DNA from: Mytilus trossulus
Lineage: Eukaryota
Reading direction: 5' to 3'
Assembly (NCBI RefSeq): GCF_036588685.1
Contig: NC_086373.1
Span: forward strand, 93,062,001-93,126,000
Length of the DNA stretch: 64,000 nt
Part shown: positions 37,862-51,766 of the stretch, one piece after another
Layout of the letters: every line of letters begins with the position of its first letter
Position numbering within the stretch: the stretch's first letter is position 1
The notes under the pieces: model-generated
The model's database searches: none
What the model saw: the letters and a program-made list of their open reading frames with translations, nothing else
What the model was told of the DNA's origin: nothing
Made by a program: the position numbers and the translations under genes

Positions 37862-38682
37862 CATATGCTCTTCAGCTTTGTACTTTTTTTACTCTTTTTA
37901 ACTTTTTTTTTATTCGGCGTCACTAATGAGTCTTATATAGACGGAACGGACGTCTGGTGCAAATATAAAATTTAAATCCTGGTATTTATGATGAGTTAAC
38001 TTACAACCACTGGGTCGTTGCCACTGCTGGTAGAGTTTTTATTCCCCGAGGTTATCATCAGCCCAGTAGTCATAGCTTTTATTTTGACATGAAATATCAT
38101 TGATAAGGTCATTATCATAAATGAACTGTTTACAAAACATTGAATTTTTGAAATACCAAGGCTTTTTTTTACCTCAAGAATATGATACCGTAGCTATATT
38201 TGGCAAAACCTTTAGGAAATTTTCGTCCTAAATGCTCTTCAGCTTCGTACTTCACTTGGCCTTTTGCTTAACTTGTCACGATTCGAGCTTCACTGGAAAG
38301 TCTTTTATAGACGAAACGCGCGTCCTAGAATCAATGCCGATGAGTTTATTTACAACCACTGAATCGATACCACTGCTATTGGAGTTTTTTCCCCAAGGGT
38401 ATCACCAGCTTAGTTGTCATCGCGTCTGTGTTGACATGAAATATCATTGACATGGTCATAAATTTGAATTTTTGAAATACTTAGGCTTTTCTACCTCATG
38501 AATAGATTACCTTCGCTGTATTTTGCAAAAGCTTTAGAAATTTGTCACCTCTTCCACTTCGTTCTTATATGATTTTTTTAAAATTGTTTTGATTCGAGCG
38601 TCACTGATGAGTCTTTTGAAGACGGAACGTGTGTGTGGCGCAAAAATTAAATTTCAATCCTGGTATCTATGATGAGTTTATA
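37862..38682 (+). mobile_element. Older, degenerate retrozyme array (same family as 7876-8814, opposite strand)
   Basis: Reverse-complement homology to the intronic array. Three decayed hammerhead motifs at about 37915-37960, 38283-38325 and 38596-38641, each with core substitutions. Confidence 0.8.
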
Positions 38683-39206
38683 TATATACTATTTTTTTTT
38701 AATTCTAAACAGATATTTTTTTTCAATTTCATCAAGCGCAGCACACTATAATATGACCGAATCCAGTCATCTTTTTATAAATTTTGATTCGATACAGCAT
38801 CTATCTTTAATTATCCCCCCAACAAAATAGATGGAAAGGAGTATGTATACGAATGCTCGTATATGATCAATTCTAAATATGATGTATTTTGCAGCATTAG
38901 TTGTTAGTGCTATTAAACTCTGTATTCAACATATATTGATTTCGCTCTAATTTAATAATGTCAGCAGATGGGTAGTTTAGTACATCATTACCGAAGAGAC
39001 ATCTTTGTAGAGAATATGTCTGCTAAAGCTTAGCGGACACTAACGGTTACAGTCCCTTGCGAATTTGTAATCCTTGTCTCAGAAGTGCATATATAGGTGG
39101 TCTCTAGATAGAAGGTTGCTACGTACAACTAAAAAAATAATAGCCCCACTCCCCCCAGTTTCAGTGAGGTTCGATTCTGATCAATCTTTAGGTTTATATT
39201 TAATAT

Positions 39207-42200
39207 TACGGTGACAATTAAGGTAAATTAAAACATTAATGCACCGAAATACCTCACGGCTAGTTTTGGTCTTATTTTGAAGATAAATATAATACCCTTC
39301 TATTAAGGCATGTCGTAGAATGCCAAAGTGGTGCAGATTTTTGATAATTGCGATTAAAGGTTAAAAGGGGGGACTTTAAAAAATCGGAATTTTTGGACAT
39401 TTTGGACGATTTCTCGGTAGTCGCTCATGATAACTGAGAAAAAAATTCAATGGAAGCAAGCTCTAAGGGTGCTGCAGAAATTCAGCTTCTAATATTTATG
39501 CCAGATTGACATAGATTAGTGATGTTCACACCCGCAGCCAATATGGAAGAAAATGATAAAGATTATCTTTATTTACAAAAATTATCGATAAAAAATATTT
39601 ATATTTAATATTCAGCTTTGCAATAATATATTACAATAGATAAAGATATTTTTGGGAAAGTTTTGTTAAGATACCATAAAGAATAAAGGAGAAGTTAGTA
39701 TGTAAAGTTTACACCCAAATTCATTATTCCTTTTTGAAATAAAAAAATAATGTTGAAATTATAAAAATAGTCTTGATGCATAACTGTCAGCATGAACACG
39801 ATAGTATATGAAGTTTTATTGATGACAATAGGTCAACCAGTCTAAGAGTAATATCATTTTGAAAATGCATGACGATGTGTGCATCCCCCTTTTTTTATAA
39901 AACAACGCAAACAACAAAACATCAAGAGTAGACTTTTGACTTTTACCGTTTTAAAGCACTATATATATCACACAAACACGATTTACAGAAATTTTGATAC
40001 AAATGAAGATATTTGTGTATATTTCAATAACATTTGACATTATTATGCACGTCCGATGATTTGAAGTGGTTACGAAAAAATAACACAAAAAAGTACATGT
40101 TATACTTCTAAATTATTTGATAAAGTTTGCAGTTGGTTTACAAGCATGCAAACCTGTTGCAATACCGCCGTTTCCCTTCGAATCTGTGATTATAGTCTTC
40201 TCTGTTGCCATATCACTCCATATGCCATTGAATATACCAGGCTTTTGTCTGACTGCAAACTTTCAGGACATGAAAGCTGAATAAGTGTCTTTTGGGAGAT
40301 TCAGCATGTCAATTAAATAAGCTGGTGTCCACCTAGCATAATTTGTTTTGTTTGCAAGAAGAAACAAGGCAACATAGAAGACACGGATTGGAGGTGTAAA
40401 GTCCAATCTCCATCACGTTCTGCTTTGACATTCATAATCATAACGTCAACGGCTCGTAAAAACATTTCCCAAAATTTAAAATTGAAGATGCTTTATAAGA
40501 AAACTCTCTGAACTCCGAAATCAACGAAGATAACTGTTCCCGGAAAAGAATTAAAAATTCAGAGAGATCTAATACCTTTGTATTAAGGTCACTGAATGCA
40601 TCATGACAAGAAAGCATTGTTTGCCAGTATTTTCGTCTATGCTAGCAATTTTTCGTTGGTTTGAACACCATTGAAAAAATTTCTTGAACCATAATGCCAT
40701 CACAGTTTCATATGCTAATGTGTAAGCTCTAACACCGCGATTAAACTGCTTGCCTTAGAGAATCTGATCTACAGTTACTGTACATCCTGCAAATGCACCC
40801 GAATCGACCAATAAATCCCGAAGCCCAGCCATATTTTGCCTATTGCTGAAATGTAACTAGAAACCATGTGAAATCAACATAATCTAACAACGTGTGGGTG
40901 AAAAATCTGAGGCATAGACCACTTTACTTGTTGGGCTATGGCATAAAGCTGTTGGTCGAAGGTCTGTTCTGGGTTATTCTGACCTGCGGCCTTTGACATT
41001 TCTACGCATTTTACAATTGTCGTATATACTGTCGCCATGTCAGCAGTTTTTGCGTCTATGATTGGAGGATATGCAACGACGACATGAATGTTTTTTTGGT
41101 CGGAAAGTCTTTTGTAAAAGCCTGTCCAAAAAGGTATCATTTGTTTTTTATCATTTTAAAACCAATGTAGTTCAACAATGTCGCGTGTAAGTGATCGGAG
41201 CAATACCCAAGCCTTATCAGACACGTTAGATTTATTGGTTGCACATGATTCGATTTGGCAGTATGGCTCGGTACATTTAGGTGGGCCGAATCTTTCCTTA
41301 GGCTTATAGAAAGGAAAACATGACATGAGACTAGAAGTGTTTTCATCCATAGTTTCTGCATTAATATCAACGTTGTCAGACCCGTCTTGAATGAAGTCTC
41401 CACCTGAAATTTTAGAACATATTCAATTGGGGATGTATGTTTCATTTTGGGAACTTATAATTTCATGGTTAGCTGAACTAGTCAGAAATTGTCTAACCTC
41501 AGTGTAAGACGCACAAAAGCCATGCGAATGTAAAGTTTCAATAAGATTTTTAGAACCATAATCATGATGCAACTGAAGAGCCAATGATAAACTAAAAGGT
41601 GTAAACTATTTTTTTATGCAGCGATATCACACACTCGACTAAAGCAATACATTTCCGTACTGTATCACCTGAGAGTGAATTGAAATCATTCTCCATATGA
41701 AAATAGTTATCATCTATTACTAGTAATCTGGCAAGAAAGTTTATCAAAGAGGTAGGTATGAATTGTAGCCGTAGAGATAGAAACTTCCGAAGGAGATGGA
41801 TAAAATTCAGCCGAAATTTTGAAGGATTGTAAACTGCTTCTCAAAATGTTTGCAGCATCATGTAGGGTCTGATCTTCTTGATGTATGGAATCATTAACAA
41901 AACTGGTTTTCATCTCAGAAAATTCCGCTTTTAAACTACTGGCAGCGCGAATAGCCTCAGAAACACCGATAGAGCTACTGAAAATCATATTTGATTTACC
42001 CTGTCCTCTTTGAGACTGAACAACAAAGCGATCACCGTAGTGATTTTTCAGTTTGTGTTGCAGTTTATAAGTTGTATATCTACTTCTAATTTCTTGTGGG
42101 AGAGTGGAACAATACGTGTCTAGTAAATTCGACAACGAAAATGCTTTCTTATTAAAAAACAGATCATCGTGTAGAACTTCCGTCAGGTTCTTGAAAGCAA

Positions 42201-43657
42201 TATCATGCTCCGCCTCATTTGAAACATCATCGGAAGGTTCCCTTTTCCAGTTCAGCATATAGTTAGCAATGCATGTTGAATGATACAATGCCTTGTCCTT
42301 GAAGTTCTCCATAGAGAGTAAACTTACCATTTGAAAGTCAAAGTTGTCTTTTGCTGCATTTAATATATTATCAGCACGTTCAACAGACTCAACTCGCCGT
42401 AATTGCTTATCTCGCTTGTAAGACTTTTGTTTACAGAATAAACATTTAGGCCAGTCTAATTGTAATACCGTTGAGCGTGTTTTAACACAAGTTGGTTCAA
42501 ACACAGAATGGTTTGCACTCGATGTTGAGCATACTTCTTTACCTATTTGAAATGTTTCCAAGTTTTTTTTTACTTGTATAGGCTTTATAACACGACCTAT
42601 GATATTTTATTTGTTCTAATGGAATCACTTTCGTTGATTCAAATTCATCATAAAGGCGGCGATAAACAATACCCTGTCTGACATCTATTTCGTCTAAAAG
42701 AGTAGTCTTCCCTTTTTCTGTTGCATTGACAAATGTTCATTAGTAGATATTTGGCAAATAACGCATAATTCCCAATTACTCTTAAGCCTACTCCTTTTTG
42801 GAACTGAGTGAGCAAATTAACAGGACTCGTGTCCATTATTTTCCGGGTTATTTCGGGGATGTACCAATGTGGTTTAAAATTAGTTTATTCAACAAAATTA
42901 ACAAGAAATAAAACAACTAAAAATCACTAACACATAAAATCTGTATACTCAGTCAAAAACTAGACATGGACAATGATATAAATATGTCTTACTATAGATG
43001 AAAAAAAAAAGAAAATACACAGTTTTATTTTCTGGGGAAAAACAGCAAATCATAAGTCAGGGGAAAATAGGAAAAGGGAAAGCAAAAAGACTTAATGAGG
43101 TGAAAATCAAATAGTAAAACTGCTAAATGATAAGTATTATAAAACGGCCCGAAAATCTTAATTTGCATACTTTTTCGCAATTTTAGGCATTAAAACTTCT
43201 TGCATATTGATTATTATACTGTTTTTTGTGAAAATGTGCCACTGATGATATATATAAGAAATGGTTTATACTTTGTCAAACGGTAACATTGTAAAAAATG
43301 ACATATACATTTGAAAATCGTCCAATTCACTTAATTTATATGATAATATGATAAGACAGTTTGATATCAATTTAAAGCTGATACAGTACTCTTTCATCTG
43401 ATAACAACTTTTGTGTTGATATCTTCATTCGGGAATTAGTTATAAACGTTCGCGTTTTTGAAAATAAAAAAGAAAAAAATCGGAAAGTCACACTTTATCG
43501 CAATTTTACAAAAAACTGCACAGCGGGAAAACTCTACGACAGGGCTAAAATGAAAGTATAATGTTAACTCTATCTTCATGTGCATTTTCAGCCGTGAGGT
43601 ATTTCGGTGCATTAAACTCCTTAACTAAGCGACTTTTCCTGATTTGTCACTCCACTA
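39207..43657 (-). mobile_element. Decayed, internally deleted Academ-like DNA transposon
   Basis: Perfect 26-bp inverted repeat TTAATGCACCGAAATACCTCACGGCT (39236-39261 and 43590-43615) within longer imperfect TIRs. Probable termini TACGGTGACAA / TTTGTCACTCCACTA. Superfamily assignment is from recalled transposase motifs. Confidence 0.75.
40150..42840 (-). pseudogene. Frameshifted transposase (Academ-like)
   Basis: Collinear fragments: CLFC...ALYHSTC (41710-42561), WTGF...PII...TVYT...TFDQQLYAIAQQVKW.P..F..HVVRL (40874-41140), and AERDGDWTLHL..V..MLP.F...NYARW (about 40330-40470). Multiple stops and frameshifts. Confidence 0.8.
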
Positions 43658-44262
43658 TAATGTTTTGTTTTTCTTTCGGATTTTCTTTTATCGTGAAGTC
43701 CATAGTTTATCTTGACTTATGGCAGTTTGCTGTCATTTAATATTTCCGTACTCCCATTCTCCAGATAAATGTGAGTTTTGGCGAACGGAGGACCCCACTG
43801 TCTATTCATATTTGACATGTTTGTGTATTATCTACAATATAAAATGTGGCATTCCATCATGACCTTTCTATGAATTTCACGTTTTAAAATAACGATCAAA
43901 ATCTTGATTTTTAGACATTTTCGTGTCAGGAAGATACATTTTTGTATTCACTGACCTATGCCTTCAATTTTTGGCTAATGCTGTAGCTTTTTGTGTCATT
44001 TACAATGGAAGACAACATTGACCTCTCGACTTCGAGGTCAAATAATGGATTTTAAAACTGATAATAGTATAATCCACTAGTTTTAGTCCCCTAAAACAGT
44101 TCCAACCAGTTACAGTTATATATTCATAAGGCTCGTAAAACATACCATCCATATTGTTTGCATCACACAAGATTATGCCTTTTCTCGGACTGCTAGTTGC
44201 GGCTTTACACCAAATATTCTGGAGTTGAACTGCTTGATATTTTAGTTTAGGGAAAAGGACGC

Positions 44263-44693
44263 TATTAAACCGAAAGTTCCAAATGGTGAAGTTGAAATCA
44301 TTCTTTCGTAATTTACGGACGCCATCACGAGTTGGTTGACCGTTATGAAATAACCGTTTCACAAATGATATCGGATATGATCCTTACGTCGTAACTACAA
44401 TCCCCTTCCCTTTCATGAATTTGACCTTCCGAATTAGACTATTTACCGGATTTGGTATCACATAAGCAACACGACGGGTGCCACATGTGTAGCAGGATCT
44501 ACTTACCCTTCCGGAGCACCTGATATCACCCCTAGTTTTTCGTGGGGTTCGTGTTGTTTATTCTTTAGTTTTCTATGTTGTGTCATGTGTACAATTGTTT
44601 ACTGTTTGTCTTTTTCATTTTTAGCCATGGTGTTGTCAGTTTGGTATAGATTTATGAGTTAGACTGCCCTTTAATATCTTTCGTCCCTCTTTT
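44263..44693 (+). mobile_element. Penelope-like element 3' fragment
   Basis: Close match to 12411-12694 and to the reverse complement of 11596-12030. Confidence 0.8.
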
Positions 44694-45408
44694 ATGGGTG
44701 GATTGAGTGCTCACAACGATTTGAACCACATGGCATTCCTGGAAAGTACGAGAAATATGTTCTCTATCATATATAAGTGCTATCAGAAATCGAATTTTGT
44801 AGTAATATTTTTTGTCGTCAAGTTTAGTTTTGGACCGACCTCGAATTCAATGACAATTTCAAATGAAAGTAAACAAATAAGAAAATTTAATATTGTTTAG
44901 CTAATCAAATTTACGGGTGAATGTAGCGGAATTTGATGAGACTGTTATTAAAGTGAGAGGGTTAGCGCTATAGAACCAGGTTTAATCCACCATTTTCTAC
45001 ATTTGAAAATGCCTGTACCAAGTCAGGAATATGACAGTTCTTGTCCATTCGTTTTTGATGCGTTTTGTTTCTTGATTTTGCCATGTGATTATGGACTTTC
45101 CAAATTGATTTTCCTCTGAGTTCAGTATTTTTGTGATTTTACTTTTTACCTCATAGCTTTACATTTAACATACATTGTTTTAAATGTGGATAATTAACGT
45201 GTTTTACATACTCCTGATGTTCTATTTATCTATTGAAATTAATAACAGTATACACAAACCGTTGTGAACGTCCTATATATGATATAGATAAGATAATGTG
45301 AATTAGGAAATACCTGTCTACCTTATCTTGTTAAGTTTGGCATTCATTTATTGAAATATTAATTACACACTGTATATGTCATATTGTTCCTTAAACAAAC
45401 TAAACATC

Positions 45409-47008
45409 ATGAAATCTTATTGGTATGTGTTTTGGAACGTTAGTTTCGTGTTTGTAATGTCAAAAACTTGTTCTGCCTTGCCGGAAAGCACAGATACAGT
45501 GTATAATTCTATGCCTTCAGAATATAGGAGTATACAAGAGGCATTAAAACAATTAGAAGATAAGTTAACTGCGCAATTTCATTTTAAAGTCCTGGAACTG
45601 GAAGAAAAATATGATAACCAAATGCGAATAATGAAAGAAGCTATTGTTCAGCACGACCTTGAAATCAGGCGTCTGAAGAAAGAGGAGGAATTATCTCAAA
45701 TAGAAAAAGAGGAGACAGTAAAAATAAAGGAAGATGTAGAACATTTGAAGTTAATGTGTAACAAATGGCAGACATTTTCTAACGAAAGTGATTCTGTTTC
45801 GGGACAGACTGACGCTGTAGGCACTGTGAATGACAATGAAACACTCAAGAGAGCAAGAAAAGATAAAAAAGAACAGATGTATGGTGATTATCGTGGAAAA
45901 GGTAGATATTCAATATGACTGGTTTGTGCTCATGGTATAATCCTAAAAGTTACAACATATATTGCGAGGTTACATTGTACCAAGTTAGGAATATGACAAT
46001 TCTTGTCCATTCGTTTTTGATGCGTTTTGTTTTTTGATTTTGCCATGTGATTCCGAATTGATTTTCCTCTAAGTTCAGTATTTTTGTGATTTAACTTTTT
46101 AAAAAGAGAGCGAAAGATACCACAAGGGTCATTCAAACTCATAAGTCGAAAATAAACTGACAACGCACTCTCTTTATTCGATATAGTAAGTACCGCTCAG
46201 TTGCAAAAGTCAATCCTTGTGGATGCTTTCCGCTTTGCCGTTGAATTAGTATGAGTAAAAATATTTTGACTGAACCTTCGGTTTGAATATGTAATGTAAG
46301 TAATACTGAGGCTGTAGCCTCTCGTAACAGAGCTGAGGGAACGATTATAAGGTCCATGTGATTATGATCCTTAACAAACTAAATGTGTTATGCATTTTGT
46401 CTACCTATAATGTTGATATGATAACGCATTCATAATAGCATATTTCAGTTGAATTCTTTTTCATACATATTGATTATTGAAATATAATGGGAAATATATG
46501 AAGTATAAAACGAAATGCATGATTAATGAATTGTTTTTCTTTTAAAGCAAAAAGACTTCTTCTTGGAACTGCCGCACCGACTTCAAAACCAACGGTGGCA
46601 TTTTATGTTTGGCTGAGCCACAGCGAGACGAAAATTGGACCACATCATACTTTACTATTTGACCATATAGAGACAAATGTCGGTAACTGTTACAACAAGC
46701 ATACTGGGGCATTTATTGCGCCAATTGGGGGTGTTTATCTATTTTCTTACACAGTGTTTTCTGAACGACAGGGCTACGGTTCATTTGAGATTGTTGTCAA
46801 TAGCGCAAGTCGCGGATCAATATTTGTTGAAAATGGGGGAGCACAATCTGTCTACACAGGTTCAACTGGAGTTGCTGTCTTGCTTTTAAACCAGGGAGAT
46901 GCATGCACTATACGGACTCATTCTACGTACTCATCTACCGGAACAATCCGTAGCGGGAACTTAATGCGAACAGCATTTAGTGGTGTGATAGTTGGACACA
47001 TGTTGTAA
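45409..47008 (+). CDS. Secreted coiled-coil C1q domain-containing protein (C1qDC), about 317 aa
   Basis: Exon 1 45409-45901 encodes a signal peptide MKSYWYVFWNVSFVFVMSKTCSA and a charged heptad region. Phase-1 intron with G|GTAGAT and TTTAAAG|. Exon 2 46548-47008 encodes a globular C1q domain (VAFYVWL, LLFDHIETNVGNCYN..TGAFIAPIGGVYLFSYT, LLLNQGD, TAFSG). AATAAA overlaps the stop. An alternative in-frame ATG lies at 45376. Confidence 0.92.
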
Positions 47009-47109
47009 TAAAATGAGATTTTCTCACACTATGTTTGAACAATATGTTTTATTAAGATATTATCGGTATAACAAAAACAGTATTTTATAATTTGATTAGT
47101 ATAGCATTG

Positions 47110-48560
47110 TTTTCCTTCTTCTATGGACCTATGTGTGCATCTTATTGCCGACCTATTCTTATTTTCATATGAATCGGAGTTCATTCAGAAACTTGTCAAA
47201 AAGAAGAAGATCAGGTCATTTATTTTCACATTCAAATATATTGATGATATTCTTTTAATTAACAATCCTAAGTTTTCTGATTGGGTTCCATTAATATATC
47301 CCCCAGGACGAGAAATTAATGAAACAACAGACATAGCTTCCTTTGTCTCATTTTAGACGTATACCTCGAGTTTGACATACACGGTCATCTCAGTACCAGA
47401 ATCTATGACAAGCGGGACGATTTTGATTTTGAAATTATCAATATTCCAACTTCACCTGGATATTGTATATACATTTTCCAACTTAAACCTTTAAACAGAC
47501 TTTTTCGGAAAGAATATAGCTACGATACTCTTGTCAGGTCATTAAATATTGCATACTTTGGTATTAATATTGATTCATTCATAGGTTCTTTGCATCGGAA
47601 ATAAACACATGTATTCTAAAACGATACTCTTGTCAGGTCATTTAATATTGCATACTTTGGTATTAATATTGATTCATTCATAGGTTCTTTGCATCGAAAA
47701 TAAACACATGTATTCTAAAACCAATTGTTGGCATGCCATGGGTTGTGTTCTCATATGTTTATGATGGTATGATACTAAACCCCTAACGGGAGGGATTGTA
47801 CTTGATTTTCATATGACGAAGACATAATATTTTAATCAGTTTGATTGAGGTCTCGCGTGCGTATGTCAGTAAGTGCTAGAAGTTCTTACTTCATTTTGTA
47901 TCATTGTCAATTTGCTTATTTTCCTTTGTTACCTATTAATTCATACATCGAACGCTGACTTTCGTTTTAAACTGAGTTTTACTGTGCATATTGCTGTGTG
48001 TTTGTTTTTTTTCTACATTGGCAACAGGTATAAGGGCAGGGTTGAGATCTCACAAACATGTTTAACCCCGCCGCATTTTTGCGCCTGTCCCAAGTCAGGA
48101 GCCTCAGGTCTTTGTTAGTCTTGCATGTTTTCTAATTTTAGTTCATTTCTATATTTTGAAGTTGAGTGTTACGTCCATTTTCACTTGAACTAGTACACAA
48201 TGATATTTAGGGGCCAACTAAGGACGGGGGTCGGGATTTTCTCGCTGTGTTAAAGAGTCATTGGTGGACTTCGGATGTTGTCTGATCTTTGGTCGGATTG
48301 TTGTCTCTTTGACATATTCCCCATTTCTATTCTCAACTTTATTATTCGGTATTTAAGAGCATGTAGCAGCTACTATGACTTTGCAAAACGTCTCTAGTGT
48401 CAAAGCATGAAGTTGACTAACCAATGGTACGTCAAAGAACGTCACCCCCTTTCAAAAAAATCATCGGAAGGTACCTTGTTTATAAATATTCCGTATCAAC
48501 TTCACAAATAATCCACGATGGTCTTAAGGTATAGATTATGGGTACTGACGTTGTTTATCA
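47110..48560 (+). mobile_element. Decayed Penelope-like RT fragment split by nested insertions
   Basis: ORF 47123 has LIADLFLFSYESEF..FTFKYIDDIL (YIDD RT motif). It continues to about 47480 and resumes at about 48343 (IRYLRACSSYYDFAKR). The gap holds a 99-bp tandem duplication (47522-47720) and an interspersed repeat. Confidence 0.8.
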
Positions 48561-48749
48561 TCTTAATAACGTGTTTTTCTTTTATTTGTCTAGTTTATAA
48601 ATTTACTATTTAGATTTATTTGGAGGTGTCAATTTGATGCGGCTCAGTACGTCCCGCCATTGTGTTATTATTCTATACTAATTGTTGTATACTTGCTTGT
48701 CTTTCGTGTTTGCTAATGTACTTTGTCTGTGTGCCTTTCTGTGTTTTGC

Positions 48750-49287
48750 CTGATGTTCATATGATGAAATCATAATCTTTCAGTCAGTTTAATTGAAGTC
48801 TGGAGCTGGCATGTCAGTTAACTGCTAGTAGTCTGTTGTTATTTATGTATTATTGTCATTTTGTTTATTTTCTTTGGTTACATCTTCTGACATCAGACTC
48901 GGACTTCTCTTGAACTGAATTTTTTAATGTGCGTATTGTTATGCGTTTATTTTTCTACATTGGTTAGAGGTATAGGGGGAGGGTTGAGATCTCACAAACA
49001 TGTTTAACCCCGCCGCATTTTTGCGCCTGTCCCAAGTCAGGAGCCTCTGGCCTTTGTTAGTCTTGTATTATTTTTATATTAGTTTCTTGTGTACAATTTG
49101 GAAATTAGTATGGCGTTCATTATCACTGAACTAGTATATATTTGTTTAGGGGCCAGCTGAAGGACGCCTCCGGGTGCGGGAATTTCTCGCTACATTGAAG
49201 ACCTGTTGGTGACCTTCTGCTGTTGTTTTTTATTTGGTTGGGTTGTTGTCTCTTTGACACTCCCCATTTCCATTCTCAATTTTATTC
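48750..49287. repeat. Young copy of an interspersed repeat (also about 47800-48342; inverted at about 35945-36470)
   Basis: Shared GAGATCTCACAAACATGTTTAACCCCGCCGCATTTT..GCGCCTGTCCCAAGTCAGGAGCCTC core and CCCCATTTCCATTCTCAATTTT end. Confidence 0.75.
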
Positions 49288-51766
49288 TTTCTTCCACGCG
49301 AAGTGGCTATGTACTTATACATCCGTAATTGTGCTATTGTGTCATGTTAAATGTTTGTTTATACCGGTATATCTGCTTGTTTTTATAGTGATTAAGATAA
49401 TACCACACTGAACGTTGACTGTCTGACTGTTATACCCCTATTTTTGACATTTTTACCTATTATATAGATATAGGAAGATGTGGTGTGAGTGCCAATGTTT
49501 GTTTGTTTTGTTTACACATCATTGTCAATATAAGACTAATGTTTTTTTTTTATACTACCGACATAAACATCTAAGCCCAAGAAAAAGCCCAAGAATTTGC
49601 ATCAAATGATGTTAAATAAAAAGTGAACTTATCTCCTGCACCACTTAGAAAACACCATATTTTAAAATTAAACTGTCACATCAATTATATTATGTTAGTT
49701 CACAGACACCACTGTGCACATGTTTTCTCTCTCAATTTATAGGTGACAATTGTTGCAAGAAGGGATACAAATGAAATACACAATAACAATCAAGATTAGT
49801 ATCTTTTTTTTTCATTATATATATATGTGTGATTTTGATTTTTTTACAAAATTATTTTTTTCAAAAATTTGCAAGATAAGAATAACTTAAAATCATCTAC
49901 AAAAATAATTAGATTTCAAATAAACCTTGAAAGTCATGATAAACAACATCAAAGAATATTTCCCAGCAATTTTTTTTTAAAATTTAAAAATGGGGAGAGG
50001 CTCAACCCCAATATGTACCTGTGCATTTTCTCAAAACTTTTAAAATTTTACAATTTTGTGTTTAAAACATCTGTTTGTTAAGTAATATTAACGGTCGCCT
50101 TATCAGTATGAAATGACAAATTTATAGCACTACTTAACCATTTTATAATTGAGAGAAGATATGAAATTTTCACTTTCTTGTGCATGGAGCTATGACTGTA
50201 AAGGTTGCACTTCTGATAAAATAAACAATGCAATTTTCCATAGAAACTCTCTTTGCGACTAAAGCTGTGCCACTTTTACTATTAAGTTTCGTACACAATT
50301 ATATCCTTAAACAGAAAGTTGATATTGCTGACTGCTTTATTTTAAGTATTTTTACAAATATCAAAACATAGGGCTGTGAGGCATATTTTCAACATTTATA
50401 TGCCCCGAACCTCTATTGAAGAGTTCATCATAGATATTACCAAAACTAAAACAGTAAAAGTTATCATTTACAAAGACAAATAAAAGCAAATTATAACACA
50501 TAATTAATAAAATAACTGGTACCAAGTTTTCTGCAGTGATCATCAGATAAGTGGGAATAAATCCAATAAACTTATCATAAATAAAAATGGGTTACCTTTG
50601 ACAAAACAAAACAATCAACCAACTTACACTTATATGTGGGCATCAAGTCTATAGCGCTAGTTTTGGATTTTAAATGTTCAATTTATCATTGATTAATGTC
50701 CATATGCTACATTTTTGTAAATGGAGGTGAGAAAAGCCTCTTTTATATGAATTTTTATAACTTAACATAGAGACGTCCTAATCCGTTAACGATAAAATAG
50801 TACTTATCTAATCCTATTAAAGAATCAAACATACCAATTTAACTTAACTCTAAACAACAATACTTTCATTTAAATGTTATTGTTTCTGGTTGGTTGCAAG
50901 TAAAGAATGGTAGAGAAAAAGACATAAATATACTTAAATGTTATGATCCGTTTTAAATATTAAATTTCATTTGAAGGAATCTTACTGCGATTCAGGTAGA
51001 AAAATTGTTAACGTGTATGTTTGTTCGTAAAAATCAAAGTTCAGCGATAGTGGTATACGAAATTTTGATTTTAGTTTCACACGGTTTTCTTATGCATACC
51101 AAAGTATGTTTCATTTAAATTGAATCTACATTTTGTATCTAATTCATTTCAAATTTAGCCAGTTCAAATATTCATATGAAAGGACAATGGGCGGACATAC
51201 AGTCTTTTTCCGTCATTTAAAATATAATGAGTCTTAGTTTATTTATAAAAAATGGCTCTCGAAAAAAGCAAATATTATTTTTCTGATGAATTGCCGAAAT
51301 CAGAATTTGTTTACATAACGTTATTGTAAGATTTGCTTTCAATGAATTTAAACACTCAAATTGACAGAAAGATTATTAATTAAAAGGGTTTGAAGTTTAA
51401 GCGATAAAGAATAAAAGAAATAATCTGAAAAATGAAAGATTAACTTATGGATTATATGAACCGAGCAATGACACTACGCCATAAAAGTGAATTAGTGCTA
51501 TTGTCGTCGGGCAATGAGACACCTAACAACAAACGTTAATGTGAAAGTGAGAACTTCTAAATAATATTATTATTCAAACATTTTAAAATCTCGAGTGTTA
51601 TAACCAGGATTCCGTATAAGATCGGATATTGATAAATAAACATTCATAATACTTGACTTCAAGGAGAACGAAGACATGAGTATATGATAAGATTTATTAG
51701 TGCTTTCCTCAAATAATTTACAAATATACCTCTTGGATAAATTTTGATTACTTTACCAAATACACA

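Noticed and set aside
27100-39200. Additional mytilin genes such as G1
   Set aside because: No signal-exon, cysteine-array or GETG-tail sequence was recognised by eye; very decayed remnants could have been missed.
41710-42561. 283-aa ORF as a domesticated host gene
   Set aside because: It is one fragment of a frameshifted transposase inside TIRs and has no ATG start.
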